25,874 bases of DNA from a virus (lineage: Duplodnaviria > Caudoviricetes). Of the stretch, positions 8,901 through 16,915 are shown in pieces. Below the pieces are notes generated by a model. That model saw only the letters and a list, made by a program, of their open reading frames with translations, made no database searches and had not been told where the DNA came from. The stretch's first letter is position 1. Every line of letters begins with the position of its first letter. The DNA lies in IMG/VR virus record IMGVR_UViG_3300025267_000099, positions 1-25,874 of that record; one strand, 5' to 3'. Made by a program: the position numbers and the translations under genes.

Positions 8901-10910
8901 TTAGCAATAAATGATGGCGGAACAAAGAATATCCGTCTTAATGGTGATGGCACATTGGTTATTGCTGGAGGCACAGCCGGTACAACTTGTTTATCTGCTT
9001 CCGGGGATGTTAACATTGTTGGTAACACATTTATTGAAGGGTCTCTAAATGTCACAGGTGCTTTTGCTCTGAGTAACGTCTCATCATCTGGTGAATTAAA
9101 TATCGTTGGCGCTAGTACACTTGAAAGTACATTGCACGTTTCAGGTGCAATTTCTGGTGCAGTCGGGATCACAGGATCTTCATTGCAGATCAATGATACG
9201 ATCACTTTGAATGCAAACGGGAATATTACCAACGTCACTTCATTAAGTGCTTCCACGGAATTGTTTGCCGGGACAATATTTGTTAATGATCTAGGTACAA
9301 ACTCAGTTAAGATCCTAGGAACAGGTGAAATTTCTGGATCTGGTCCATTAAATATTGTAGGCCCGGCAACCTTTGAAGCCGGTGTTGATATCTCCGGATC
9401 TATGGTTCTTGTAGGTGCAGCCACCGATGTAATTGCAGTTGATATTAATTCTATTGCGGTTGACGCCAATGTTATTGATATCGCAGCACCGGCTCTAACA
9501 ACCTCGGACGGCCTCTCTATTGTTGCAGATGCTCTAACAACAGGCAAGTGTGCAAGATTTTATTCAAACAGTTCAACAACAGACAATCGTGGTCTTGTTT
9601 CGATTATTAATGATCACGCTTCTGCAACCGGCGCCATACCCCTTGCGGTCCGTAATGATGCCATTCCGACAGCCGGTCGAGCAACAGTTCAGTTTCAAGA
9701 CACTTCTGCCAATACAGAGCCTCTCTTACAACTGCTCAATGCAAATGCAGCAACAGATAAACCACCGATTCTAAGATTTAAGAGATCAGACGCAACAGCC
9801 GAAGCGGATGATATGTCCCTAGGTCAGATCGACTTCATGGGCGTTGACGCAGGGAATGCCGACACGCAGTACGCAGCCATCCAGGCATTTGCAACTGATG
9901 TTACTGCTGGAGATGAGGCCGGTGAGCTGAGATTTAGCGTTTTTGCTGGTGGTACTGCGGGTACTGCTGGTCTCAAAACAGCGTTTAAGATCGGTCGTGA
10001 GGATACCGCCGGCGGCGATGCTCCCATGGCTATTTTTCTCAACCCAGATGCAATAGATCTGGACGTAGCTATGCACGGTGACAATATCGCCAATATGTTT
10101 AGAATGGACGCGGCGAATGATCGAATTGGTATCGGTGTAGGTTCCCCCGGAGCCTTACTTGAAATTCAACAAGGCTCCTCCGGAGGCGACATTGCTTTCC
10201 TTATCGATAATGATGACACAGATCAAATCGCAATGTCCATCGAAGCAGCTAACATAGATGCAGACGTTATTGATATTGTTGCTGATGCTGTCACCACGGC
10301 TCGCGCCATAGATATCCAGTGCGATGGGCTGACAACCGGATCAATAATAGGGCTGGATTCGAACTCAAGCACCACCGACACCCGGAACCTGATGTTCATC
10401 GTCAACAATCACGCCAGTGCGACGGGAGCTACTAATCTGTACATGCGCAACGATGCCGGCGTTGGCATCATGAAGGCCGAGGGCAAGAGTGGTGCCGCGA
10501 TGACCCTGACGATCAAGGAGGTGGCGATAACCATATCCACGGCGGGGGCCGTGACTACGTCCAGCAATTTTTTCCCCGCTCTGGCGGTTCCACTCGCGTT
10601 ATCAATTCGAGTCACAACAGCGATCTCGGCTGGACATCATATCACCAAACTTGGAACCGGTGGTATAGATGATCTTTGGGCAGGTGCCGCTGGTGACGGC
10701 GGTGCCCTTAATGACGGTGTGCTCGACGAACAAGATGATTTACTGACGATAGCTATAGCTCCATTTGCCGGTCCGTATTCTGGAGCCGGAGGCTCCGCTG
10801 CGGGTATTAATGCTGCGCAGGATTTAGTTATTACATGTGCAGGAACAGCAACTGGTGGTGTTATAAGAGCGGTCTTGCATTATTGGGCTATTACTCCTCC
10901 AACTAGTTAA
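5904..10910 (+). CDS. Long repetitive fibre/adhesin-like virion protein (1668 aa)
   Basis: Gly/Ser/Thr/Asn-rich beta-repeat shaft, an RIGIGVGSP fibre-type motif and a C-terminal globular domain. AGGAG SD. Confidence 0.75.
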   Translation: MAEFGWAYTTGAISGSGGISGSIQWREGPSEITGSDLLVWDRTESTLYVTGNVNVAGTLYADEINVNTTNRLITNISSTGSTEFGDSITDTHLFVGKMMVAPTASVEDVGARFHVKTIDTDNIGAVLIDHDEAGGYNALKVDSESTSHPAVYVTGFKTLYAQQDIADGYGAKIYRNIAEAGSNPLVYLHDDHTSNTQTTLTVNQDGTGLILDLQDGGVSVLNVSDGGRVSGSNDLHMNIGTFEGTLSVTGAISGSGELNIVGATTLESTLHVSGAISGAAGITGSSLQINDSMMLNANGILSASLAVQSLSFAANDGGTKNVVITGDGTIIIAGGAADTTCLSASGDVNIVGKGFIENTLHVSGAISGASGITGSSLQINDTITLNANGNITNVNSLSASSELFAGTVLVNDLGTNTVKLLGTGEISGSGPLNIVGATTLESTLHVSGAISGALGITGSSLQINDTIFLNANGTISNATDVSASAGFSGSYALLNKLSVNQDGTKPILLAGGQITCTQITASNTYQGVGFYANVEGTNSARMLGTGEISASGDLNIVGAATLESTLNVSGAITTALGVTASAGFSGSYAHVNNLAINDGGTKNIRMNGDGTLVIAGGAADTTCLSASGDVNIIGKTYLENTLHVSGAISGALGITGSSLQINDTITLNANGNITNVGTVSSTNLSASAGITGSYALVNNLSVNQGGTKTIALAGDGTGLFGGKLTVLDEISGSGVLNIVGAATLENTLHVSGAIHTAVGITGSTGISGSYAHFNNISVNDGGTKNIRLNGDGTIVIAGGAAGTTCLSASGDVNIVGNGFVEGDFNVTGTLTAGTFSPSSVSSSGELNIVGAATLESTLHVSGAISGAVGITGSSLQINDTILLNANGKISNVTDLSASLGLSALDFFANNGGTNQVKILGTGEISGSGPLNIVGAATLENTLHVSGAISGASGITGSSLQINDTITLNANGNITNVGTVAATALTASAGVSGSYAHVNNLAINDGGTKNIRLNGDGTLVIAGGTAGTTCLSASGDVNIVGNTFIEGSLNVTGAFALSNVSSSGELNIVGASTLESTLHVSGAISGAVGITGSSLQINDTITLNANGNITNVTSLSASTELFAGTIFVNDLGTNSVKILGTGEISGSGPLNIVGPATFEAGVDISGSMVLVGAATDVIAVDINSIAVDANVIDIAAPALTTSDGLSIVADALTTGKCARFYSNSSTTDNRGLVSIINDHASATGAIPLAVRNDAIPTAGRATVQFQDTSANTEPLLQLLNANAATDKPPILRFKRSDATAEADDMSLGQIDFMGVDAGNADTQYAAIQAFATDVTAGDEAGELRFSVFAGGTAGTAGLKTAFKIGREDTAGGDAPMAIFLNPDAIDLDVAMHGDNIANMFRMDAANDRIGIGVGSPGALLEIQQGSSGGDIAFLIDNDDTDQIAMSIEAANIDADVIDIVADAVTTARAIDIQCDGLTTGSIIGLDSNSSTTDTRNLMFIVNNHASATGATNLYMRNDAGVGIMKAEGKSGAAMTLTIKEVAITISTAGAVTTSSNFFPALAVPLALSIRVTTAISAGHHITKLGTGGIDDLWAGAAGDGGALNDGVLDEQDDLLTIAIAPFAGPYSGAGGSAAGINAAQDLVITCAGTATGGVIRAVLHYWAITPPTS
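6651..9375 (+). repeat. Intragenic modular repeats of the fibre shaft
   Basis: 12 copies of NI(V/I)G units, 7 of GITGSSLQIND and 4 of TTCLSASGDVNI. Identical DNA blocks: 8769-8821 = 9174-9226 (53 nt) and 7659-7696 = 8877-8914 (38 nt). Confidence 0.9.
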
Positions 10911-10982
10911 AAGTGCTGATTTTGTGCCACAATGGTAATATCATCCAGTGTTAAACAATTACTTATTGTTCTTTTCTTAGAC

Positions 10983-11011
10983 TTGACACTATTTATTAAG
11001 AATAATAGTAT
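10983..11011 (+). promoter_or_regulatory. ACTATTTA late motif (10988-10995) nested in a sigma70-like promoter TTGACA-17-TAGTAT
   Basis: TTGACA at 10983-88, 17-nt spacer, TAGTAT at 11006-11; upstream of scaffold and capsid genes. Confidence 0.6.
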
Positions 11012-11028
11012 ATCTAGGAGATGTGTTA

Positions 11029-12282
11029 ATGTCTAGCATGTTGGAACAAGCAATCGTGGACGCTACAGCTCTACGTGAAGCTGCTCTTAAAAACGCAGAA
11101 CAATCAATTATTGAAAAGTATGCGCCACAAATTAAAGAAGCCGTCGCGGTTATGCTTGAAAATGAAGCGCCGTCCTCAAGAAGGATGTATCAGGGCCGAA
11201 CTGTCGAAGTAATCCACGAAGCAGATGCCGACGGCAATGTTACTGTTTCTGAAGCAAGCGGGAAGCCGTTTATGGTTAAGGAATCCGACTTATCTGAGGC
11301 TTCAGATGAGGATATTCTTCAAGAGCAAGAACTCGAGGCGGCCATGGACACTGGTACACCTCCTCAAGAAATTGAAGCACCTCCAGCCTGGGACTCTCGC
11401 TATGGCGAAACTGAATCTGTAGCTCTTTCTGCTTTATTGGATAATGTCGATGAAAATGGTGATATTGAAATTGACTTAGATGCAATTGAACTGTCTCTTG
11501 CTCAACAAGAAGAAGCAGAGATGACAGCAGAACAGCCCTTAGAAGAGCCCTCAGCGGCTCCTGAAGAGGCTGGAATGGAAGCACCCGAGGAAGGAGGAGC
11601 AGAGGATTTAGATGCCCTTCTTGGAGCTCTACAAGAAGGCGAAGACCACGAACTACAAGAGATACTTAGTATTTTATCTGAATACAATTTAGATCTCCTG
11701 GATGAAGATATTGAAGTTGATATGGACGAGGATAAAAAAGGTTGGGTGACAACTGATGAAGCAAACTTGGGCTACGAGAAAGATAAAGCATTAGCCAAAG
11801 AAGCTCACACGGAAGAAGAAGAAGACGAAGAAGAGGAAGACGACGAAAGACTTCAAGAAGCCCTCAAAGAAATCGACCAATTTCAACAAACATTTATAAT
11901 ACTCAAGCAACAAAATGAAAAGCTTGAGCATGTTGTTCAAAAGTTGAGCAGCAAACTTGAAGAAACTTTGCTTTCAAATGCAAAGCTTCTTTATCAAAAC
12001 CGCACATTGAATGATGTCTCCTTGAATGAGCGACAAAAATTAAAAATTGTCGAAGCCATTGCAAATGCGGAGTCTCCAAAAGAAGCGAAGAGTCTACATG
12101 AAACACTCAAAGCAACAGTGGGATCACAATTTAAAAAAGGTCCACAATCACTAAGCGAGTCTGTTAACCGTAGATCAAATTTATCTTCAATGCTTCCTCA
12201 AAGACAAAACATAAACGAACGCCAGACTGATGACCCTTTTGTAAAAAAGATGCAGAAACTGGCAGGCATTAAAAACAAATAA
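11029..12282 (+). CDS. Prohead scaffold/core protein (gp22-like position)
   Basis: Directly before the capsid gene; very acidic middle, coiled-coil C-terminal half, ends MQKLAGI, many (L/I)xE sites. Start at ATG 11029, 8 nt after AGGAG. Confidence 0.8.
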   Translation: MSSMLEQAIVDATALREAALKNAEQSIIEKYAPQIKEAVAVMLENEAPSSRRMYQGRTVEVIHEADADGNVTVSEASGKPFMVKESDLSEASDEDILQEQELEAAMDTGTPPQEIEAPPAWDSRYGETESVALSALLDNVDENGDIEIDLDAIELSLAQQEEAEMTAEQPLEEPSAAPEEAGMEAPEEGGAEDLDALLGALQEGEDHELQEILSILSEYNLDLLDEDIEVDMDEDKKGWVTTDEANLGYEKDKALAKEAHTEEEEDEEEEDDERLQEALKEIDQFQQTFIILKQQNEKLEHVVQKLSSKLEETLLSNAKLLYQNRTLNDVSLNERQKLKIVEAIANAESPKEAKSLHETLKATVGSQFKKGPQSLSESVNRRSNLSSMLPQRQNINERQTDDPFVKKMQKLAGIKNK

Positions 12283-12294
12283 GGAGGTTAAATA

Positions 12295-14145
12295 ATGTCT
12301 ATTATAGAAAAATTAACCGAAGGTATTGTAAATCGAGATATTGCTAAAGAAGGGCAGGCCCTTCTTGACAAATGGACTCAAACCGGTTTGCTCGAAGGCC
12401 TTCAAACTGAACAAGCCAAGAATAATATGGCTCGTCTTTTAGAAAACCAAGCTAAGGAACTCCTTCGCGAGGTTAATACAATGGGTAACGGAAATGTAGA
12501 AGGTTTTGCTGCTGTTGCCTTTCCAATTGTTCGTCGTGTATTCGCCGGACTTATCGCAAACGATCTTGTAAGTGTTCAGCCGATGTCATTGCCATCTGGT
12601 CTGATCTTCTTCCTTGACTTTGCTTTTGGTACTCAAACCAATGGTCAGGATCAGCCGGATGGACGAATGGGGAACAGTACTTCAGGGTCACAATCCATCT
12701 ATGGTGGCGATAGACTTGCTGCTCAGATCACGGGTGGTCTTAATCTTGTTGGTACTACTCATGGTGAAGACCAAGGTGGTCCCAGAACTGTTGTTGGTTA
12801 TGGATATTCTGCACCAACCGGAAGTAATGAAGCGCTAGGCAACAATACCATTGCTTCTTGTGCCCACCGAGCTTCTTTCAAGCTTGATGGTACTGTGTCT
12901 GAGACTAATTCGAAATACATTATGTATGATCCGGATCTTTTGGCTCAAACGACTACTGGTGTTTACATTCTAGACGTTGGTGAACTTTTGCTTGATAATG
13001 GCCGAAGTCCTTCTGATGCTGACTATGAAAACATGGGCGCTTTCCAATGGGCTGTCGATGCTGAACTGGTCGCAGCTATCAACGATGCCAGTGGGATTTC
13101 TGGTGTTGCTGCAGATGAGGTTAAACAAATCCGTCGTCTTACAAGACGGGTTACATCCTCCGACTCTGGGACATCAACCGCGGCTGTTAGATTTACCTTT
13201 GTGTTTACTAACGGAAGTGACATTTCAACAGAAAGCACCACAGCCGTAGAATCAACTGCGATCGCTGCTGGTAAAATTACTTTCCCGATCAGAGATCACA
13301 TCGCTGCTGGTAATGCTCTCGGATCCGTTCAGTCGAAGGATAGTAACAATTATGCCCTTGAAGGTAATGCGTTCATCCCAGAGATCGATATCAAGGTAGA
13401 CTCGATCGCTATCACAGCACAAACCAAGAAGTTGAAAGCCAAGTGGACTCCAGAATTGGGTCAAGACTTGAATGCTTACCACAACTTGGATGCTGAGGTA
13501 GAGTTGACTTCTATCTTGTCTGAGCAAATTGCTCTTGAGATCGATCGTGAGATTATCGCTGACCTTGTTCGTGGTGGTACTGCTGCTACTTACTATTGGT
13601 CTCGCTCTCCCGGATTGTTTGTTAACCGTTCAACTGGTGCAGAATTGGGCGCTACTGCTGCTGCTCCTGACTTCACTGGTACGGTTTCTGAATGGTATGA
13701 GACTCTCATTGAGACAATCAATGATGTTTCTGCTCAGATCCACAGAAAGACCCTTCGTGGCGGCGCCAACTATGTTGTTGTGTCTCCTGACGTAGCCAAC
13801 ATTCTCGAATTCACTGCTGGATTCCGTGCTAATGTTACTGCTGATGCTGATAAAGGCGATATCGGTGCCGTGAAGACCGGTTCCTTGAGTCGTAAATTCG
13901 ATGTTATCGTTGATCCCTACTTCCCAAGAAACCTCGTCCTAGTAGGTCGTAAAGGTTCTTCATTCCTTGAATCTGGATATGTGTATGCACCTTATGTGCC
14001 GCTGCAAACTACTCCAACGATTTTCGGCGTCGAAGACTTCGTGCCACGTAAAGGTGTCATGACTCGTTACGGTAAGAAGCTGGTTCGTCCCGATATGTAC
14101 GGACTAGTCATTGTGCGTGGACTTCTCGGAGAGTCCGGATCCTAA
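12295..14145 (+). CDS. Major capsid protein (T4 gp23-like)
   Basis: Motifs LLENQ, PIVRRVF..LIANDLVSVQPM..PSGLIF, KKLKAKWTPELGQDLNAYH.LDAE.EL, EIDREI, GYVYAPYVPL, P.KGVMTRY. TAAGGAGGT SD. Confidence 0.96.
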   Translation: MSIIEKLTEGIVNRDIAKEGQALLDKWTQTGLLEGLQTEQAKNNMARLLENQAKELLREVNTMGNGNVEGFAAVAFPIVRRVFAGLIANDLVSVQPMSLPSGLIFFLDFAFGTQTNGQDQPDGRMGNSTSGSQSIYGGDRLAAQITGGLNLVGTTHGEDQGGPRTVVGYGYSAPTGSNEALGNNTIASCAHRASFKLDGTVSETNSKYIMYDPDLLAQTTTGVYILDVGELLLDNGRSPSDADYENMGAFQWAVDAELVAAINDASGISGVAADEVKQIRRLTRRVTSSDSGTSTAAVRFTFVFTNGSDISTESTTAVESTAIAAGKITFPIRDHIAAGNALGSVQSKDSNNYALEGNAFIPEIDIKVDSIAITAQTKKLKAKWTPELGQDLNAYHNLDAEVELTSILSEQIALEIDREIIADLVRGGTAATYYWSRSPGLFVNRSTGAELGATAAAPDFTGTVSEWYETLIETINDVSAQIHRKTLRGGANYVVVSPDVANILEFTAGFRANVTADADKGDIGAVKTGSLSRKFDVIVDPYFPRNLVLVGRKGSSFLESGYVYAPYVPLQTTPTIFGVEDFVPRKGVMTRYGKKLVRPDMYGLVIVRGLLGESGS

Positions 14146-14174
14146 TCTAACATAGGTTAAATGCTCAAAAAGAT

Positions 14175-14210
14175 GACCCCCCTTCCTTCTTGGTTGGGGG
14201 TTTTCTTTTT
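14175..14210 (+). terminator. Intrinsic terminator after the capsid gene
   Basis: GACCCCC...GGGGGTT stem followed by TTCTTTTT. Confidence 0.75.
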
Positions 14211-14216
14211 CTATTA

Positions 14217-14224
14217 ACTATTTA
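14217..14224 (+). promoter_or_regulatory. Putative late promoter ACTATTTA
   Basis: Immediately after the terminator, 56 nt before ATG 14281. Confidence 0.65.
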
Positions 14225-14280
14225 CTATGAATTGGGCGGAAGCCCACATATTTTATTGATATTTTAAGGAGATTTATATT

Positions 14281-14745
14281 ATGTCAAGAGTTGCAAGATC
14301 AGCCCGCGTTGCCAGCCGCCAGAGAGTGGAAACGATTACGGCTAGCAAAACCATCACACAAGCGGAAAGTGGCGAGTATTATTTAATCAATTATGATAGT
14401 GCTGCCACCATCACAATTACTTTACCATCAGTACAAGATGGTACATACTTTAAGTTTTTATTCATTGCTGCGCTAACCGATAATAGTGCCGCTGTTGCAT
14501 TTACAGCCCAGGCCGGGGAATATTTAAATGGTGGCCCTCTCGCCATGACTGGTGATGGTGCAGACCCCGGGACTCAAGTGGTTGGCAACGGTTCTTCGCA
14601 TGTCACTCTCACTATTGATGGCAACACAGATGTGCTGGCCAATAGCTGGGTAGAGTTTGTAAGTGACGGCTCAGAATGGTATATTTCTGGCTATGTTATG
14701 ATTGTAGATTCCGGTACTGCTTCAAACTCAATAGTGTTCAGTTAA
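14281..14745 (+). CDS. Putative capsid decoration/small structural protein
   Basis: 154 aa, beta-rich (ITITLP..GTYFKF..WVEFVSDGSEWYI), follows the capsid gene. TAAGGAG SD. Confidence 0.55.
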   Translation: MSRVARSARVASRQRVETITASKTITQAESGEYYLINYDSAATITITLPSVQDGTYFKFLFIAALTDNSAAVAFTAQAGEYLNGGPLAMTGDGADPGTQVVGNGSSHVTLTIDGNTDVLANSWVEFVSDGSEWYISGYVMIVDSGTASNSIVFS

Positions 14746-14758
14746 GTCGAGGTAACTA

Positions 14759-15085
14759 ATGGGGCGTAAAACAAAGCGAGCGAGAACATTGGCAAGAATT
14801 GCTAGGCTAAGTGGAGAGCAGGAAACTGCTCCCGGTCCTGGTCTCGCTGCCGAGAACTCTCAAAAAATTGAAGAATTAAAAACTAAAAATCCTGAACCCG
14901 TTATTGAAGAACCAGTAACACTAGAGGAGCCAAAATTCATGACTGAAGCCGAACCGGTGAAAGTTGTGGTTGAGGAACCAAAAGTTCAGGTAAAGAAAAC
15001 AACGAATAAAGCCCCTCGTAAAAATACAAGGGTCAAGAAAATGAATACAAGAACTAAATCGAAGTCTATCTCCTCCAAAAAATAA
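14759..15085 (+). CDS. Low-complexity protein with basic termini and an E/P/V-rich middle
   Basis: 108 aa, GAGGT SD, followed by a terminator. Confidence 0.65.
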   Translation: MGRKTKRARTLARIARLSGEQETAPGPGLAAENSQKIEELKTKNPEPVIEEPVTLEEPKFMTEAEPVKVVVEEPKVQVKKTTNKAPRKNTRVKKMNTRTKSKSISSKK

Positions 15086-15104
15086 AATATGTGTGTAATG
15101 CTTT

Positions 15105-15139
15105 GCCTCCGATGTTTTCGCATCGGAGGTTTTCCTTTT
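15105..15139 (+). terminator. Intrinsic terminator
   Basis: GCCTCCGATG-TTTTCG-CATCGGAGGT followed by TTTCCTTTT. Confidence 0.85.
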
Positions 15140-15145
15140 GTGTTA

Positions 15146-15153
15146 ACTAATTA
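15146..15153 (+). promoter_or_regulatory. Putative late promoter (ACTAATTA variant)
   Basis: Immediately after the terminator, 21 nt before ATG 15175. Confidence 0.6.
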
Positions 15154-15174
15154 GAAATAGCGGAGGATCTTTTA

Positions 15175-16422
15175 ATGGCATTACCAATTTTAACACCTAA
15201 ATCAACGACTAGTGCGATAGTATTGCCATCAACTGGATCAACTTCAGATGTTGTTTCTGCATTGGCTATTGGTTTTTATTCTGGTTCTGCTTTTCAGACT
15301 GGAGCATCTGCTCAAGTTGCCTACACATACAGAAGATTAGGCGGTGATGTTTTAGATATCGAACTTACAGCCGGAAATATCTATAATCATTATGAAGAGG
15401 CATGCTTGGAGTATTCCTACATCGTAAATCTTCATCAAGCGAGAAATGCTCTTGGGTCTGCTCTTGGTGGAGCAACTGGTTCTTTTGACAACAAAGGTAC
15501 GTTGTCTGGTACAGATAATGCTTCCTTAAAATATCCGAAATTTCAATTTGATTACGCTTTTAGAATCGCAGATGGTTTTTCTTCAGAGGCCGTAGTGGGA
15601 GGCACTCAGCCTGTTTATTCTGCCTCCATCAGTACTACAACTAATAAACAACTTTATGATTTGCAAGCAGCAGTGAGCGCTTCTGCTTTGACTGGTAGCG
15701 ATGTGGCATTTTCTGGTATCGATAGAGGGAAGAGAATTAAAGTACGTGCAGTTTACTATCGCTCACCAGCAGCAATGTGGAGATTTTATGGTTACTACGG
15801 AGGGCTGAACGTCGTGGGAGATTATCAAAATTACGGACAATATGCAGATGATTCAACTTTCAATGTTATTCCTCCATGGCAAAATAAATTACAGGCAATT
15901 GCGTATGAAGATCATTTGTATACAAGAACATCGCATTATTCATATGAAATAATTGATAATAAACTTAAGTTATTTCCTACACCAACAGGTGTTTCTCCAA
16001 GTGATATTTGGTTTAGGTTTACAGTGGAAGACAATGATGCTTTTTCTGAAGGATCCTATGATTCTGGGCTTAAGGGAATAAATAATATGAATACGTTGCC
16101 CTTTGAAAATATACCATTTAATAAAATTAACTCAATGGGACAACAGTGGGTAAGAAAATTTTCTCTTGCTCTTTCAAAAGAAACATTAGGGCAAATTCGA
16201 GGTAAATTTGGGGGAACAATTCCTATTCCGGGTGAAAGTGTCACCTTGAATGCCAGTGATCTTCTTGCCCAAGCTGCCGCTGAACAGTCCGCACTAAAAG
16301 AAGAGTTGAATAAACAACTTGATGAAATGCTTTATTCCAAACTTGCGGAGACCGACAAGGCGATGATAGACAATACGGATGCTATCGTAGGAAAAGCGCC
16401 TTTAAAGATTTATGTGGGGTAA
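15175..16422 (+). CDS. Neck/head-tail adaptor (T4 gp13-like)
   Basis: RRLGG.VLDIEL at the N-terminus and QWVRKFSLALSKETLGQIRGKF..IPIPG..VTLN...L near the C-terminus; synteny. Confidence 0.85.
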   Translation: MALPILTPKSTTSAIVLPSTGSTSDVVSALAIGFYSGSAFQTGASAQVAYTYRRLGGDVLDIELTAGNIYNHYEEACLEYSYIVNLHQARNALGSALGGATGSFDNKGTLSGTDNASLKYPKFQFDYAFRIADGFSSEAVVGGTQPVYSASISTTTNKQLYDLQAAVSASALTGSDVAFSGIDRGKRIKVRAVYYRSPAAMWRFYGYYGGLNVVGDYQNYGQYADDSTFNVIPPWQNKLQAIAYEDHLYTRTSHYSYEIIDNKLKLFPTPTGVSPSDIWFRFTVEDNDAFSEGSYDSGLKGINNMNTLPFENIPFNKINSMGQQWVRKFSLALSKETLGQIRGKFGGTIPIPGESVTLNASDLLAQAAAEQSALKEELNKQLDEMLYSKLAETDKAMIDNTDAIVGKAPLKIYVG

Positions 16423-16426
16423 TTAA

Positions 16427-16915
16427 ATGGCTAATGAATGGGAAAGACCAACTCAACCACCTCCTCCATTGTTTCTGGGAGAAAAAGAAAAAAATCTTGT
16501 CAAGCAAGTTAATGATGAAATCATCGAAAGGGTTGTCGGACAACAGATTTTGTATTTTGCTATCGATATGGAGACAACAAATTTTCATTCTCTTTATGGA
16601 GAAGCAATAGAAAAAAACTTCCTTCATCCGATAAGAGTTTATGCTCTTGTGGAATATGGAGGAATCGAGACCAGCTTCATGGACAACATCGGAATTGATA
16701 AAAAGACAACTGCCACTGTGCATTTTCATAAAAAAAGATTAACGGAAGATCAAAATTTGTTTGTTAGGGAAGGAGATTTTATAAGATACGGTGAAATCTT
16801 CTATGAAATCGTAAAGTTAAATGAGCCTAAGCAATTATTTGGCCAAATTGATTCAAGATTTGAAATAACTGCCGAATGTATCAGATCAAGGGACGGACTA
16901 TTCAATGCACAGTAA
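16427..16915 (+). CDS. Neck/head-closure protein (gp14-like)
   Basis: LYGEA.EK.F..P and REGDFI...FYEI motifs; follows the gp13-like gene. Confidence 0.75.
   Translation: MANEWERPTQPPPPLFLGEKEKNLVKQVNDEIIERVVGQQILYFAIDMETTNFHSLYGEAIEKNFLHPIRVYALVEYGGIETSFMDNIGIDKKTTATVHFHKKRLTEDQNLFVREGDFIRYGEIFYEIVKLNEPKQLFGQIDSRFEITAECIRSRDGLFNAQ

Noticed and set aside
6756-9197. CRISPR-like array from the recurring 21-nt sequence
   Set aside because: Spacing is 250-650 nt, the copies are in frame within a coding repeat, the intervening sequences are homologous, and there are no cas genes.
6512-9547. Long minus-strand ORFs (271, 141, 219 aa) opposite the fibre gene
   Set aside because: Antisense shadows in codon register with the repeat protein; no independent expression signals seen.
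5770-10910. Diversity-generating retroelement TR/VR pair between the two ...ITPPTS gene ends
   Set aside because: Mismatches between the two ends (T/C, A/C, C/T, G/A) are not adenine-specific, both copies are coding, and no reverse transcriptase is present. Ordinary paralogy explains it.
10954-10978. Terminator after the long fibre gene (AACAAT-TACTT-ATTGTT + CTTTTCTT)
   Set aside because: The stem is 6 bp with a single G-C pair, too weak to call.
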